From a virus: a stretch of 64,000 bases of DNA. Shown piece by piece: positions 10,130 through 20,358 of this stretch (position 1 is its first letter; each line of letters starts with the position of its first letter). The position numbers and the translations under genes are program-made. The notes beneath the pieces were generated by a model. It saw nothing but the letters and a program-made list of their open reading frames with translations, did not search any database and was not told where the DNA came from. Location: IMG/VR virus record IMGVR_UViG_3300044614_000912, positions 32,001 through 96,000 of that record, one strand, 5' to 3'.

Positions 10130-10557
10130 CAACAAGCACCGTGAAGGTTGTGTTACTCAACGAATTGGCAAAAATGCCAACAAAAACAAATCTTACTGAT
10201 GCCGGATTTGATTTATACTCAATTATTAACACCGTCATCCCATCAAAACAACGCAAGACTGTCAGCACCGGAATATCGCTAGAAATGCCAGAACATTTTG
10301 CTGGTTTAATTTGGCCTAGATCGGGCCTATCTGTTAAACAAGGTATAGATGTTCTAGCAGGAGTAGTGGATAGCGGATATAGAGGAGAAATAATGGTTTG
10401 TTTATACAACACTTCTGACGAAAATGTTACTATAAACACCGGGGATAGAATCGCTCAGATTATATTCCAAGAGGTTCCTCGCGTACTTATGGAGGTCCAT
10501 GACTCGTTAGGTTCCTCGCAACGAGGAGACAACGGCTTTGGCAGCAGCGGAAAATAA
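10126..10557 (+). CDS. dut: trimeric dUTPase
   Basis: AGFDL, PRSGL, GVVDSGYRGE, DRIAQ, RGDNGFGSSG. Confidence 0.97.
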   Translation: MTTSTVKVVLLNELAKMPTKTNLTDAGFDLYSIINTVIPSKQRKTVSTGISLEMPEHFAGLIWPRSGLSVKQGIDVLAGVVDSGYRGEIMVCLYNTSDENVTINTGDRIAQIIFQEVPRVLMEVHDSLGSSQRGDNGFGSSGK

Positions 10558-11224
10558 CAACTCGAAAAAAAATAAGAAAGCTAGAAATAGAAATCAACCA
10601 AAAGAAAATGTTCTCGTAGCAAAGACAGAAAACCAAAAAACATATATCAGATCAATAGTAGAAAATGATATCACATTTTGTACTGGACCGTCTGGAACCG
10701 GTAAATCTTTTATAGCTGCCGGTATTGCCGCTGAACATCTTGTAAAAGATAAGATTGAGACTATAATAGTAACAAGGCCATTAATTTGTACTGGTAAAGA
10801 TATCGGATCATTACCCGGAGAATTGAATGAAAAGATTAAACCATATTTACAACCAATGGAAGAGAATTTAAAATACTTTCTTGGAAGAGATAAGTTTGGA
10901 TTATATTTCAATACCAGACGCATCAAATTTGAACCCCTAGAAACAATGCGTGGTGCAACATTTCATAATGCTTACATGATTCTTGATGAAGCACAGAATT
11001 GTACATTAGAACAGATAAAAATGTTTATTACGCGAATGGGTGAAAATTCCAAAGTCATTATCAACGGAGATACCAAACAGACTGATCTTTACAATAATAC
11101 CGGTTTATCATATTGCTTGAATAAACTCAGTGATATAAATGGTATCGGTATTTGCGAGTTAGGATATAGTGATATTCAAAGAAATGGAATATTAGGAGCT
11201 GTATTACACGCTTTAGAATCTTGA
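10538..11224 (+). CDS. phoH: PhoH-family ATPase
   Basis: GPSGTGKS, IGSLPG, MRGATF, ILDEAQN, TRMG, GDTKQTD. Confidence 0.96.
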   Translation: MAAAENNNSKKNKKARNRNQPKENVLVAKTENQKTYIRSIVENDITFCTGPSGTGKSFIAAGIAAEHLVKDKIETIIVTRPLICTGKDIGSLPGELNEKIKPYLQPMEENLKYFLGRDKFGLYFNTRRIKFEPLETMRGATFHNAYMILDEAQNCTLEQIKMFITRMGENSKVIINGDTKQTDLYNNTGLSYCLNKLSDINGIGICELGYSDIQRNGILGAVLHALES

Positions 11225-11231
11225 GGACAAA

Positions 11232-11585
11232 ATGTTATATGATTATAGGTGCGACAATTGTTCGCACGAATTAAAGGATGTTTATCAGTCTATCAAAGAT
11301 AATGCTCTCACGGAGTGTCCTGCTTGTGGAAAGGACACTCTGTGTAGAGTAATATATGGTGGACTAGGATCGTTTATGAAGGAAGCCAAGACTATAGGCC
11401 AGTTAGCAGATAAAAATTGGTCAAAGATGGGTTCTTATCAAAAATCAGAAATAGAACACGAACGCAAGTCTCAACAAAAAGAAGAAGCTTCGCCCTTCTC
11501 TTCCTTTGGCAATGCTTCAAGAAAAGAAATTGGCAAAATGACACCGGCTCAAAAAAAGAAATATATTATCACAGGTGAAAAATGA
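11232..11585 (+). CDS. FmdB-family zinc-ribbon protein
   Basis: YDYRCDNC...CPACG pattern. Confidence 0.8.
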   Translation: MLYDYRCDNCSHELKDVYQSIKDNALTECPACGKDTLCRVIYGGLGSFMKEAKTIGQLADKNWSKMGSYQKSEIEHERKSQQKEEASPFSSFGNASRKEIGKMTPAQKKKYIITGEK

Positions 11586-11923
11586 AGTTTATTCAGTCTC
11601 ATTTGGATGTTGAAAACAATAAAACATCTACTCAGAATCTTTTTGACGATAAGGGAAATCCACTCAATGACGAGAAAGATAGGGTTTGGGCTAAGAATCT
11701 AGTAATAGATTTAGGGCACAATCAGCATCAGCATCAATATTTTATCCGCACGTATAACAATATCCCTCTTGACCCTATGGGTCCAGAAGCTGGTAGAGAT
11801 ATTTGGAGAAGAACAGAACTCAAGTCTGTATCTCAGAAAACCTTTGACTATTATATGTTATATCTAAGGTCAAAGAATGGACTTTATATGACAAGGGCAC
11901 AAAGGAGTTTTATCAATGGCTAG
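11582..11923 (+). CDS. hypothetical protein
   Basis: ATGA-coupled ORF in the operon. Confidence 0.65.
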   Translation: MKFIQSHLDVENNKTSTQNLFDDKGNPLNDEKDRVWAKNLVIDLGHNQHQHQYFIRTYNNIPLDPMGPEAGRDIWRRTELKSVSQKTFDYYMLYLRSKNGLYMTRAQRSFING

Positions 11924-12221
11924 TAAACGAGGACCGCTTAGTAAGGCAGAAACATTTTATATCGAAGAACATGTAAAGATGGGCCAAGATATTACAACTA
12001 TAGCCACAGATTTAGATAGGCCAGCAAAGTCAATAGAAAAATGTGTTGCTAAAGCTCAAAAAGAAAATGCACCAAAAGGATTAACGGCGTCTGATCAGTT
12101 TATTCGTAAGAATGGTGCTGTAATTATGACAGAGAATGCATCCACTATTAGTGACGCACGAAGAAAATCTACTGCAAATAAGCGCAGTACTAGCTGCGTA
12201 ATTAAAATAAAAGATGACTAA
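11916..12221 (+). CDS. hypothetical protein, possible HTH
   Basis: ITTIATDLDRPAKSIEKCV resembles an HTH; overlaps its neighbours. Confidence 0.55.
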   Translation: MASKRGPLSKAETFYIEEHVKMGQDITTIATDLDRPAKSIEKCVAKAQKENAPKGLTASDQFIRKNGAVIMTENASTISDARRKSTANKRSTSCVIKIKDD

Positions 12222-12843
12222 GCTAGAGCTAAGTAATATTACTCTTGTTTGTGCAACCTCGGACAAAATAAAAGAAACTTTAAAAGCTATTGAAATTTGT
12301 ACGAATTATGCAAACTTCGATAAAATCATACTTTTTTCAGATATTGATACAGAATACACTATAACAATTGACAAATTAAATTCCACGTTAGAATATAACA
12401 AATTTGTATATTATGAATTGCCCAAATACATCGATACTGAGTTTATTCTTAGCATTCAATGGGATGGATTTATAATTAATCCTCTGGCATGGACAGATGA
12501 ATTTTTGCAATATGATTACATTGGGGCACCTTGGCCTTGGAACCAACTTTGTGGGAATAGTGGTTTTTGTCTAAAAAGCCAAAAGTTCTTAGAGTCACAA
12601 AAAATATTATCGCAACAATATGATTTAGAGAATGATGATGTTCATGGACACCACGGATTGCACGATGATGTTATGCTATGTATAAAGTTACGTGATCAGT
12701 TTACCGAACTGGGATGCAAATATGCTACTCCAGAAGTAGGCTATAAATTTTCAACAGAATATGGTGTATATGATGAACATAAATCTTTTGGATTTCATGA
12801 CTTTAGACAACAACCACAATTTAGACACTTAATTTACGGATAA
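12214..12843 (+). CDS. DUF5672-like protein (GT-A-like)
   Basis: IQWDGFI, YDYIGAPW, GNSGFCLKS, FS.E, FGFH motifs. Confidence 0.75.
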   Translation: MTKLELSNITLVCATSDKIKETLKAIEICTNYANFDKIILFSDIDTEYTITIDKLNSTLEYNKFVYYELPKYIDTEFILSIQWDGFIINPLAWTDEFLQYDYIGAPWPWNQLCGNSGFCLKSQKFLESQKILSQQYDLENDDVHGHHGLHDDVMLCIKLRDQFTELGCKYATPEVGYKFSTEYGVYDEHKSFGFHDFRQQPQFRHLIYG

Positions 12844-12847
12844 AAAT

Positions 12848-13276
12848 ATGATTACTTCTTATGAGGCTTGGTTAGAAGAATATAGAAAAGATAAGTATAA
12901 GATATGGATTAGAGTAACCTTATCTAATGGGGCCGACGTTTATTTGCCAGAACATAAAGATTGGTTAAAACTTAAAATATATTGCGAAGAAAATAAACTT
13001 GGTATCACAAGTGTTGGATTACAGTATCGTTCTCATTCAGTGGGGGTTGATACATCCGATGCCGATGGTGTATACTTGGTTCGATCCCTTGTTGGAGTAA
13101 TGGGAGAAAATAGCAGAAATACTATAACGATTGGTAAACTGTACGGAACCGACGTTCATAAAACGCTATGGATTACTCCAGAATTGATTGAAGAAACTAA
13201 AGAAATTACGAACGTTGACGAATGCTTTAAGGAAGCGTTGATATTGAATTATGAAGAAAAAACCGGAACTATTTAA
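12848..13276 (+). CDS. hypothetical protein
   Basis: Compact ORF in the operon. Confidence 0.65.
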   Translation: MITSYEAWLEEYRKDKYKIWIRVTLSNGADVYLPEHKDWLKLKIYCEENKLGITSVGLQYRSHSVGVDTSDADGVYLVRSLVGVMGENSRNTITIGKLYGTDVHKTLWITPELIEETKEITNVDECFKEALILNYEEKTGTI

Positions 13277-13760
13277 TAAAAATTTTCAAAAGCAATGGTC
13301 TGAAACTCATAAATACAAGCATATTCATACTGGCGAATACTGTACTTTTGAGGCGTATGTTGCAGAGTATATTGTGTTGCGAAGATCAGAAAAGTTGAAT
13401 TTGGGGAAGCCATCTTATAAATTTTGGACCAAGGGTGATCCTCTACACTGGCTTTGGAAAAAGCAATATGGTGCCGCTATCCAACTTAAAAAGAAATATA
13501 GCGAAGAAGCTATATTGAGTGCTATCAAATCTAAGGATTTTGATGGCCTTTTGGTTCTAGGCGTTCAGAATGGCAGAGGATACAAAGTTAACCCTCTAGC
13601 AGAAAAAGTGATTCAAAAGCACCAGAAACTTCTAGAAGAGTCTCAGCAGAAAATTGAAGTCAATATGAATGTTGAAACGGAAGAAAAACAGATTGAGACA
13701 AGATCGACGCAGAGCTATAATACAAAAAGGACTACCATGAACCAGTTGAGGAACCTATGA
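13251..13760 (+). CDS. hypothetical protein
   Basis: Coupled to the recombinase gene. Confidence 0.65.
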   Translation: MKKKPELFNKNFQKQWSETHKYKHIHTGEYCTFEAYVAEYIVLRRSEKLNLGKPSYKFWTKGDPLHWLWKKQYGAAIQLKKKYSEEAILSAIKSKDFDGLLVLGVQNGRGYKVNPLAEKVIQKHQKLLEESQQKIEVNMNVETEEKQIETRSTQSYNTKRTTMNQLRNL

Positions 13761-14863
13761 GTAAGACAAAAAAGGCAAGTACGAAGTTTGCAGAAGACAG
13801 TGTAAGCAGTTCAATTGTTAGCAAGTATGGCGACGTTGTTCGCAGTGGTACGGAAGTACTAGACAATATCAATAGCTTATCTGTAGTTGGCGTATCGCCA
13901 GCACTAGATATCGCTTTAGGTGGAGGGTTACGCGAAGGTTCAGTCGTTGTAATGACGGGTGATCCAAAGAGCGGGAAAACAACAACTGCTTTACATTTTG
14001 CATCAAAATGTCAACAACTTGGTAAGCGTGTCATCTATGTAAACACTGAGGGTAGACTATCTAAACAAAACTTTGATGGTATCAAAGGATTACAGCCAGA
14101 TAATATTTTGATTATAGAGTCAACCGATGAAAGAGTATTATCTGCGGAAGACTTCTTGAATATCATAGAGTTTTATATCAATAATGATCCCGGCTCCTTG
14201 ATTATAGCGGACTCTCTTTCAAATATGGTTCCGGCGTGTGAATTAGAAGGAGAAGTTCGCACCGGTGTTAGAAATGCACTCCCAAGGCTCTTGTCCATGT
14301 TCTTCAAAAGAATCAGCGGAACCCTCATGAAGAACAAGACTATTTTAATATGCATCACACACAACATTGCCAACACTGGAGGTTCCCCATACGCACCACA
14401 AAAGATGGCAGATTGTGGAAATATGTTGCAATATCAAGCTGGAACAAATATGATTATAACCCATCGTGGTAAATGGCAAGTTCCAAAAGATACCGGTCCT
14501 CACGTTGGTCAGATTGCTAATTGGGTAATTAAAACTTCTAATGCTGGAGGCAGACCAAATAGCACAGCGGAAAGCTGGATTAAATATGGCATTGGAATAG
14601 ACGAAGCACAAGAAATCATACAGATTGCATGTGAGTTCAGATTGATTAAAGCTGCTGGAGCGTGGTATACGATACAATGTGCTGTAGATGAAGCAGATAA
14701 TCCTGTTGTTGCAAAGGTTCTAGAAAGCAATAGCATAAACAAAACTCCAGATGAAATAGAGAGATTTTTCAAGTTTCAAGGCATCAACAATGTGGCAGAG
14801 TTTATCAACAATAATCCATCTATTGCTAGCTTCCTGTATCAGAAAATAAAGGAGTTGCATTGA
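13757..14863 (+). CDS. recA: RecA/UvsX-like recombinase
   Basis: LDIALGGGL, Walker A GDPKSGKTT, YVNTEG, IIADSL, GAWY. Confidence 0.9.
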   Translation: MSKTKKASTKFAEDSVSSSIVSKYGDVVRSGTEVLDNINSLSVVGVSPALDIALGGGLREGSVVVMTGDPKSGKTTTALHFASKCQQLGKRVIYVNTEGRLSKQNFDGIKGLQPDNILIIESTDERVLSAEDFLNIIEFYINNDPGSLIIADSLSNMVPACELEGEVRTGVRNALPRLLSMFFKRISGTLMKNKTILICITHNIANTGGSPYAPQKMADCGNMLQYQAGTNMIITHRGKWQVPKDTGPHVGQIANWVIKTSNAGGRPNSTAESWIKYGIGIDEAQEIIQIACEFRLIKAAGAWYTIQCAVDEADNPVVAKVLESNSINKTPDEIERFFKFQGINNVAEFINNNPSIASFLYQKIKELH

Positions 14864-15282
14864 AAGTTACTGGCATCAATGGTAAAGAATATGTATGGAA
14901 TCTTACTGGATATGATGTTTTTAACGACGATAAGCGTAAAAGATCAAAGTTTCATGTTAGAGCAAGGGGACTATTAAAAGAACTATTTAATAGCTATAGA
15001 ATACTAGAAGAAGTAAAACTACCGGGAAGTACAGAGTTACACAGAAAATCTGTACTGTACCTTGACTTTTACATCCCTTCGATTAAACTAGCCATAGAAG
15101 TTCATGGGCAACAGCATTATGAATTTTGCCCATTTTTTCACAAGAGCAAAGCGGATTTTTTGAAGGGAAAAGCTAGGGATGAAGATAAAATAGCTTGGTG
15201 CGAATTGAACGATATACGACTTGTAACTCTAAAATATACAGAAAGTGATGATGAGTGGCGACAAAGAATTAAAAGCATCTGA
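14860..15282 (+). CDS. DUF559/Vsr-like endonuclease
   Basis: LDFYIP...AIEVHGQQHY...RDEDK...C...I.LV motif. Confidence 0.8.
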   Translation: MKVTGINGKEYVWNLTGYDVFNDDKRKRSKFHVRARGLLKELFNSYRILEEVKLPGSTELHRKSVLYLDFYIPSIKLAIEVHGQQHYEFCPFFHKSKADFLKGKARDEDKIAWCELNDIRLVTLKYTESDDEWRQRIKSI

Positions 15283-15727
15283 TAGACTAGCAGAACATCT
15301 TGAGTCTATCAACAACTATATAAATAGCACTAATACGAAGTTCTCTTCTTTTAGAGAAGAGTATCTATTAGTGTCAGACTTATCAATGGATCAACTCAGA
15401 AAGTTGACTCAGCAAGAATTATTCGATGCCGCATATTTAATGTATGGATATGCCACATATATTCAAGACGAAATTAATAAAAACAAGGTTGCTTTAAGTT
15501 GGTGCCATGATCAAATGGAAAAGCTCATTGTAAAACATAATCAAGATTTCAGTCAGTATACAAAACATGAATCCAAAAAACATATTTTGTCACAAAACAA
15601 TTCATATGCAGCGGCTTTGGAAAACATGAGGGAAGTTGCAGAGGCCAGACTTAATTTATTAGATGGTAAGGTTTATGAATTAAAAAGAAAGGCAGACATT
15701 CTGCTAGAGAAAGGAAAACGACAATGA
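15245..15727 (+). CDS. coiled-coil protein, possible UvsY-like recombination mediator
   Basis: All-helical, near the recombinase; function inferred from position only. Confidence 0.4.
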   Translation: MMMSGDKELKASDRLAEHLESINNYINSTNTKFSSFREEYLLVSDLSMDQLRKLTQQELFDAAYLMYGYATYIQDEINKNKVALSWCHDQMEKLIVKHNQDFSQYTKHESKKHILSQNNSYAAALENMREVAEARLNLLDGKVYELKRKADILLEKGKRQ

Positions 15728-16131
15728 CCGATTTTAATGATTTCATCGCATCGTTAACTGATGAACAAAAAGCTAAATTTATGGCTGCTTTGTCGCAAAA
15801 TACAACCAAGCCAGCCACTCCAGCACCAGAAACCAAAACTCAATCACGACAGAGTTCTGTCACTGTCGGTGATAACTTTATAGTTACAAAGACAGAAGAA
15901 ACTTCATCAAATAGTAGGAGAAGAGAACCCGTGAGAGCCAAGAAGAATCAGTGGACTGACGAAGGGGAATTTAGAGATATTGAAACTAATTATGGCGAAA
16001 AAACCCCAAGAAACAGACCACCACAAAAGAAGGTAGACGTTGAATGTAGCGTATGCGGGCGATCATTTAAAACAGACCCAAGATATGTTTATGGAGAATA
16101 TCATCGTTGCAGCAAGTGTGTTGGACGATAA
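15724..16131 (+). CDS. hypothetical protein with C-terminal zinc finger
   Basis: CSVCG...RCSKC. Confidence 0.6.
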   Translation: MTDFNDFIASLTDEQKAKFMAALSQNTTKPATPAPETKTQSRQSSVTVGDNFIVTKTEETSSNSRRREPVRAKKNQWTDEGEFRDIETNYGEKTPRNRPPQKKVDVECSVCGRSFKTDPRYVYGEYHRCSKCVGR

Positions 16132-16134
16132 ATT

Positions 16135-17595
16135 ATGGATAGTAAACTAACAGACATAGGAGCAGAACGTGCGGTTTTAGCTGGCGTTATGCAGCACGGA
16201 ATAGATGGATATGTTTCTATATCCGATCTTGTTACCGTTGATTCATTTGGACATGCTAATAATCAAGTTTTGTTCAAGTGCATAGACAAGGTTATCTCTA
16301 ATGAACAAAAGATAGATATACCAGCTTTATTGTCTGCGGCTTCACAGCTAAATCTATATGATTCTATCAACACCCCACAAGAGTTAAAGTATATCAAGTC
16401 TTTGTTTGATTTTCCAATTAGCAAAGAGAATATTTTTAGTTTTGCTATACAACTCAAGAAGTTTGAATTTGCTCGTAAGATTAAGAAGCTTACAGCCAAA
16501 ATCCACAAGGATATTGATGATGTAACAGGATCAGAGTCTATTAATGATATTATTCAGATACTAGAAAATCCCGTTACAGAATTCTTGAGAGAAGATGACG
16601 GTGCCGAAAATCCTGAGAAAATAGGCAAGGATATAAAACAATATGTTGAATTTCTAGAAAATAATAAGTGCGATATTATAGGTATTCCTACCGGCTTTAC
16701 TAGATTTGATGAAGCAATTGGTGGAGGATTAAGGCGAAAGTGCGTCGATTTGATCGCTGCTAGGCCAAAGGTTGGTAAAAGCGTTTTTGGTGATAATGTT
16801 GCTCTTAACGTAGCAAGCAAGGGATACCCAGTTCTTATGCTTGATACAGAAATGAGTAAAGAAGACCACCTAAACAGACTACTAGCAAATATTAGCGGTG
16901 TGCCAATTAATGAAATAGCAACTGGTAGATTTATTGACGATGAAGAAAAACATCAAAAGATTCTAGAAGCTATGAGCAAGCTAGAAAGCTTACCATATAG
17001 TTATATTAGCGTGGCTGGCAAACCATTCGAACAAATCTTGAATCTGATTAAACGATGGGTCATGCAAGAAGTCAAAACCGATGAAAATGGTAAAACTAAC
17101 GATTGTTTAATCATATATGACTATCTCAAGCTTATGTCATCAAGTTCGATCACAAATAATATTCAAGAATATCAAGCACTAGGATTTCAAATCACATCAT
17201 TGCATAACCTATGTGTTAAGCTAGATATCCCATGTTTGTCATTTGTACAGTTAAATCGTGATGGCATTACCAAAGAAAGTACAGACGCTGTTAGCGGTTC
17301 TGACAGACTAATTTGGTTATGTACATCATTCAGCATTTTCAAAATTAAATCGCCAGAAGAATTGGCAGAAGATGGTCCAAATGCTGGAAATAGAAAACTA
17401 GTACCTATTGTTGCTAGGCATGGTTCCGGCATGGATGATGGAGATTATATTAATATGTTGATGCAAGGTTCTCATTCTAAATTACGAGAACTCAAAACAA
17501 GAAATGAGTTTAAGAATCAACCAGTTGGTGATACTGGATTAGTTGACAATGAAACGCTAGACAAGTTGAAGAATGATGGACTTACAGAAGATTAA
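16135..17595 (+). CDS. dnaB: replicative DNA helicase
   Basis: AERAVLAG N-domain, GIPTGF, AARPKVGKS, DTEM, IIYDYL, QLNR. Confidence 0.95.
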   Translation: MDSKLTDIGAERAVLAGVMQHGIDGYVSISDLVTVDSFGHANNQVLFKCIDKVISNEQKIDIPALLSAASQLNLYDSINTPQELKYIKSLFDFPISKENIFSFAIQLKKFEFARKIKKLTAKIHKDIDDVTGSESINDIIQILENPVTEFLREDDGAENPEKIGKDIKQYVEFLENNKCDIIGIPTGFTRFDEAIGGGLRRKCVDLIAARPKVGKSVFGDNVALNVASKGYPVLMLDTEMSKEDHLNRLLANISGVPINEIATGRFIDDEEKHQKILEAMSKLESLPYSYISVAGKPFEQILNLIKRWVMQEVKTDENGKTNDCLIIYDYLKLMSSSSITNNIQEYQALGFQITSLHNLCVKLDIPCLSFVQLNRDGITKESTDAVSGSDRLIWLCTSFSIFKIKSPEELAEDGPNAGNRKLVPIVARHGSGMDDGDYINMLMQGSHSKLRELKTRNEFKNQPVGDTGLVDNETLDKLKNDGLTED

Positions 17596-18601
17596 AGAAA
17601 AGCTAAATAGTAAAGCAACTGACGTATTTGATAAACTGGGCATGAAATATGAAGTGTTCGGTGACAACATATATTCTACTTGCCCCGTACACGATTCTAG
17701 CGACAACCCTAGGGCTTTTTCGTTTTCTATCGATAAAGGTATATGGAAGTGCTGGACAAGAGATTGTCAACATCAATATCGGAATGATATTTTTGGTTTA
17801 ATACGTGGAGCATTGTCAAATAAAGAAGGCGAGGACGTTGGATTCTCTCAAGCATTGAAGTGGGCGTGTGGACTACTAGATGTTAGAAGAACAACGACTC
17901 CAGAACCATCACAGCAAGTTACTTATTGCGATGAGTTTAGTAAGCTTGTAGATATGATTAATGAGGAGGTTGTATCCAAAAAATCCATCAAGCCAATTGA
18001 ATTAGACAATATTTCTTGCCCCTCGCAATATTTTCTTGGCAGGAATTTTAAAGAAGAAACGCTCAAGCATTTTGGTGTAGGAGATTGTCATACCCCAACA
18101 TCGAAGATGAACGATAGGGCGGTGATACCTATTCACGATGAAGATGGTAAAAACATAGTCGCTATTATAGGTAGAACGATAAAAGAATATAAGATGCCGA
18201 AGTTCTTAATTTATCCAAAAGGATTCAACAAGGGTGATTTTCTATACAACTATCATAGGGCTATCGAACATGTTTGTAATACTAAAACTCTGTTCTTAGT
18301 AGAGGGGCAGGGCGATGTTTGGCGTTTATATGAAGCCGGTATTTATAATGCAATGAGCCTGTTTGGAAAAAGTTTAAGTAGAGAGCAAGAAAACAAATTA
18401 CACAAAATGCCTCTCACGCATATAATAGTATTAACCGATAATGACCAAGCTGGTAGGGAATCAAAGATACAATTGCAGAGACAATTGAGCAGAATGTACA
18501 CACTAACATTTCCCAAACTATCTACCAAAGACGTTGGGGAAATGACCATAACTCAAATTCAAGAAAAACTGTTGCCACAAATCAAAGGATTCAATACATG
18601 A
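17573..18601 (+). CDS. dnaG: DNA primase
   Basis: CPVH...WKCW..C zinc domain, RAVIPI, TOPRIM VEGQGD and DNDQAG. Confidence 0.93.
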   Translation: MMDLQKIKEKLNSKATDVFDKLGMKYEVFGDNIYSTCPVHDSSDNPRAFSFSIDKGIWKCWTRDCQHQYRNDIFGLIRGALSNKEGEDVGFSQALKWACGLLDVRRTTTPEPSQQVTYCDEFSKLVDMINEEVVSKKSIKPIELDNISCPSQYFLGRNFKEETLKHFGVGDCHTPTSKMNDRAVIPIHDEDGKNIVAIIGRTIKEYKMPKFLIYPKGFNKGDFLYNYHRAIEHVCNTKTLFLVEGQGDVWRLYEAGIYNAMSLFGKSLSREQENKLHKMPLTHIIVLTDNDQAGRESKIQLQRQLSRMYTLTFPKLSTKDVGEMTITQIQEKLLPQIKGFNT

Positions 18602-19335
18602 AAATCATAGGAATATCTGGTAAGAAGCAGTCTGGAAAAAACACTGTTGCCAATTATATCAATGGTGACGTTCTTCATCGTAAAGATATGGTCAAAGATT
18701 TTTATATTGATGAGAATGGAAAACTCGTTGTTAAAACCACAGACTCCAATGGAGAATTAGGATTTGGAGAGTTTGACGTTACCAGAAAAGACATTGATTT
18801 TATTGAATATGCACAGATAGAATTGTGGCCTTATATCAAAGTCTATCATTTTGCTGATCCACTCAAGGAAATGGCTATTAATCTTTTTGGGTTGAATCCT
18901 AACCATGTATATGGCAATGATGACGATAAGAATCAACTGACAAATATTGAATGGGATTCTTTGCCAAACAACGATAACAAAACTGGATTGATGACAGTAA
19001 GAGAGTTTTTAGAGTATTTTGGCACAAAGATTATTAGAAAGATTAAGAACAATGCTTGGAGTAAGTATTCTCTTAACAGAATTTTAGCTGAACAATCTCA
19101 GATAGCAATAGTTCCAGATGTTAGATTTCCCAACGAGGTCGAAGCAATCAAGGACGCTGGCGGCATTGTCATTAGATTAACAAGAAACGTATTTGATAGT
19201 AAAGCAGAGCCAGAGGTAGCATTAGATGAAAACAACTTTGATTGGAGTAACTTTGATCTTATATTAGATAATAGCAACACTACTCTGGATGGACTGTGCG
19301 AAGAACTTAAAAACAATACTTGGATATGGAGATAA
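18598..19335 (+). CDS. deoxynucleoside monophosphate kinase
   Basis: GISGKKQSGKNT, FADPLK, REFLEYFGT, DVRFPNE. Confidence 0.9.
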   Translation: MKIIGISGKKQSGKNTVANYINGDVLHRKDMVKDFYIDENGKLVVKTTDSNGELGFGEFDVTRKDIDFIEYAQIELWPYIKVYHFADPLKEMAINLFGLNPNHVYGNDDDKNQLTNIEWDSLPNNDNKTGLMTVREFLEYFGTKIIRKIKNNAWSKYSLNRILAEQSQIAIVPDVRFPNEVEAIKDAGGIVIRLTRNVFDSKAEPEVALDENNFDWSNFDLILDNSNTTLDGLCEELKNNTWIWR

Positions 19336-19336
19336 T

Positions 19337-20356
19337 ATGCTAGTTACTTATATTAGATCATCAAGTTACAACAATTATTCGTATTGCCAGATGCAATACT
19401 TTATTACTTATGTTTTGGGTCATCAGCCCGACAGTGGTAAAAAAGCAGAATTAGGCACTATAGTTCACAAGGTAATGGAGGTACTAGCTAAACTTAAGAA
19501 GTTTAATCAAGACAATCCGAGTAAAAATAAACTCGTTATAACCGATGATGCTATAGGTAAAGTAGAAGCTAAAAAATCTGAACTATTTACAGATGATTTT
19601 GTCAAAGAAATTATACAGCGAAGTTTTTCATTTTATACGTCGGACTCCAAGCATAATTTCACAAAGGGCGATCATAATGGATGTTCCGAATTAGTATGGA
19701 ATACATTAGCGTATAACGATGGTCAATTTGATCCACGGCATCGTAAGATTGTAGCGGCAGAGCCACATTTTGATATACCAATTGATGAGGATTGGGCATT
19801 TTATGAATACCAGATTAATGGTCAAACTGTCAAGGGTCAATTAGCTATAAAAGGTACTATAGACCTTGTGACAGAATCCTCAGAGGGTATTATAGAGGTT
19901 ATTGATTGGAAAACGGGCCGAAGGCTAGATTGGGCTACTGGCGAAGAAAAGACATATGATAAGTTATGTTCAGACCCTCAATTACTGCTTTATAATTATG
20001 CTATTTCTAAGCTTTTTCCAGACTATAAGCAGGCTATTATGAGCATCTTTTTTATCAAGGACGGTGGACCATTTTCTATGTGTTTTGACAAGCAAGATGA
20101 GCAAAAGTTTCTAAAAATGCTCAAAAACAAGTTTGAAGATATCAAAAATAATACTACTCCACAGCCCATTTCTCAAAATAGGGAGAATTGGAAATGCACC
20201 AAACTGTGCCACTATTGCAAGAACAACTGGCCGGGAACAGACCAAAATATGTGTATATACATAGAGAATAGCCTTAAAAACAACGGAATGGAGCAAACTA
20301 TTAAGGATTGCACCAGAAAAGGCTTTGACATCGGTTTCTATTCCGCTCCGGGTTAA
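19337..20356 (+). CDS. Cas4/AddB-like PD-(D/E)XK exonuclease
   Basis: SSY...C, GTIVH, GTIDL, IDWKTG, QLLLY and C-terminal CxxxCxxC...C; start at ATG 19337 after GGAG. Confidence 0.85.
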   Translation: MLVTYIRSSSYNNYSYCQMQYFITYVLGHQPDSGKKAELGTIVHKVMEVLAKLKKFNQDNPSKNKLVITDDAIGKVEAKKSELFTDDFVKEIIQRSFSFYTSDSKHNFTKGDHNGCSELVWNTLAYNDGQFDPRHRKIVAAEPHFDIPIDEDWAFYEYQINGQTVKGQLAIKGTIDLVTESSEGIIEVIDWKTGRRLDWATGEEKTYDKLCSDPQLLLYNYAISKLFPDYKQAIMSIFFIKDGGPFSMCFDKQDEQKFLKMLKNKFEDIKNNTTPQPISQNRENWKCTKLCHYCKNNWPGTDQNMCIYIENSLKNNGMEQTIKDCTRKGFDIGFYSAPG

Positions 20357-20358
20357 TC

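Noticed and set aside
6812-11224. nrdAB, dut and phoH as novel auxiliary genes
   Set aside because: Routine in large phages; uninterrupted, with canonical motifs
15062-15089. TTGACT-16-TAAACT promoter-like sequence
   Set aside because: Coincides with the conserved LDFYIPSIKL coding motif in mid-gene; probably chance
19337-20356. CRISPR-Cas system implied by the Cas4-like gene
   Set aside because: Stand-alone phage Cas4-like nucleases are common; no cas1/cas2 or repeat-spacer array in the window
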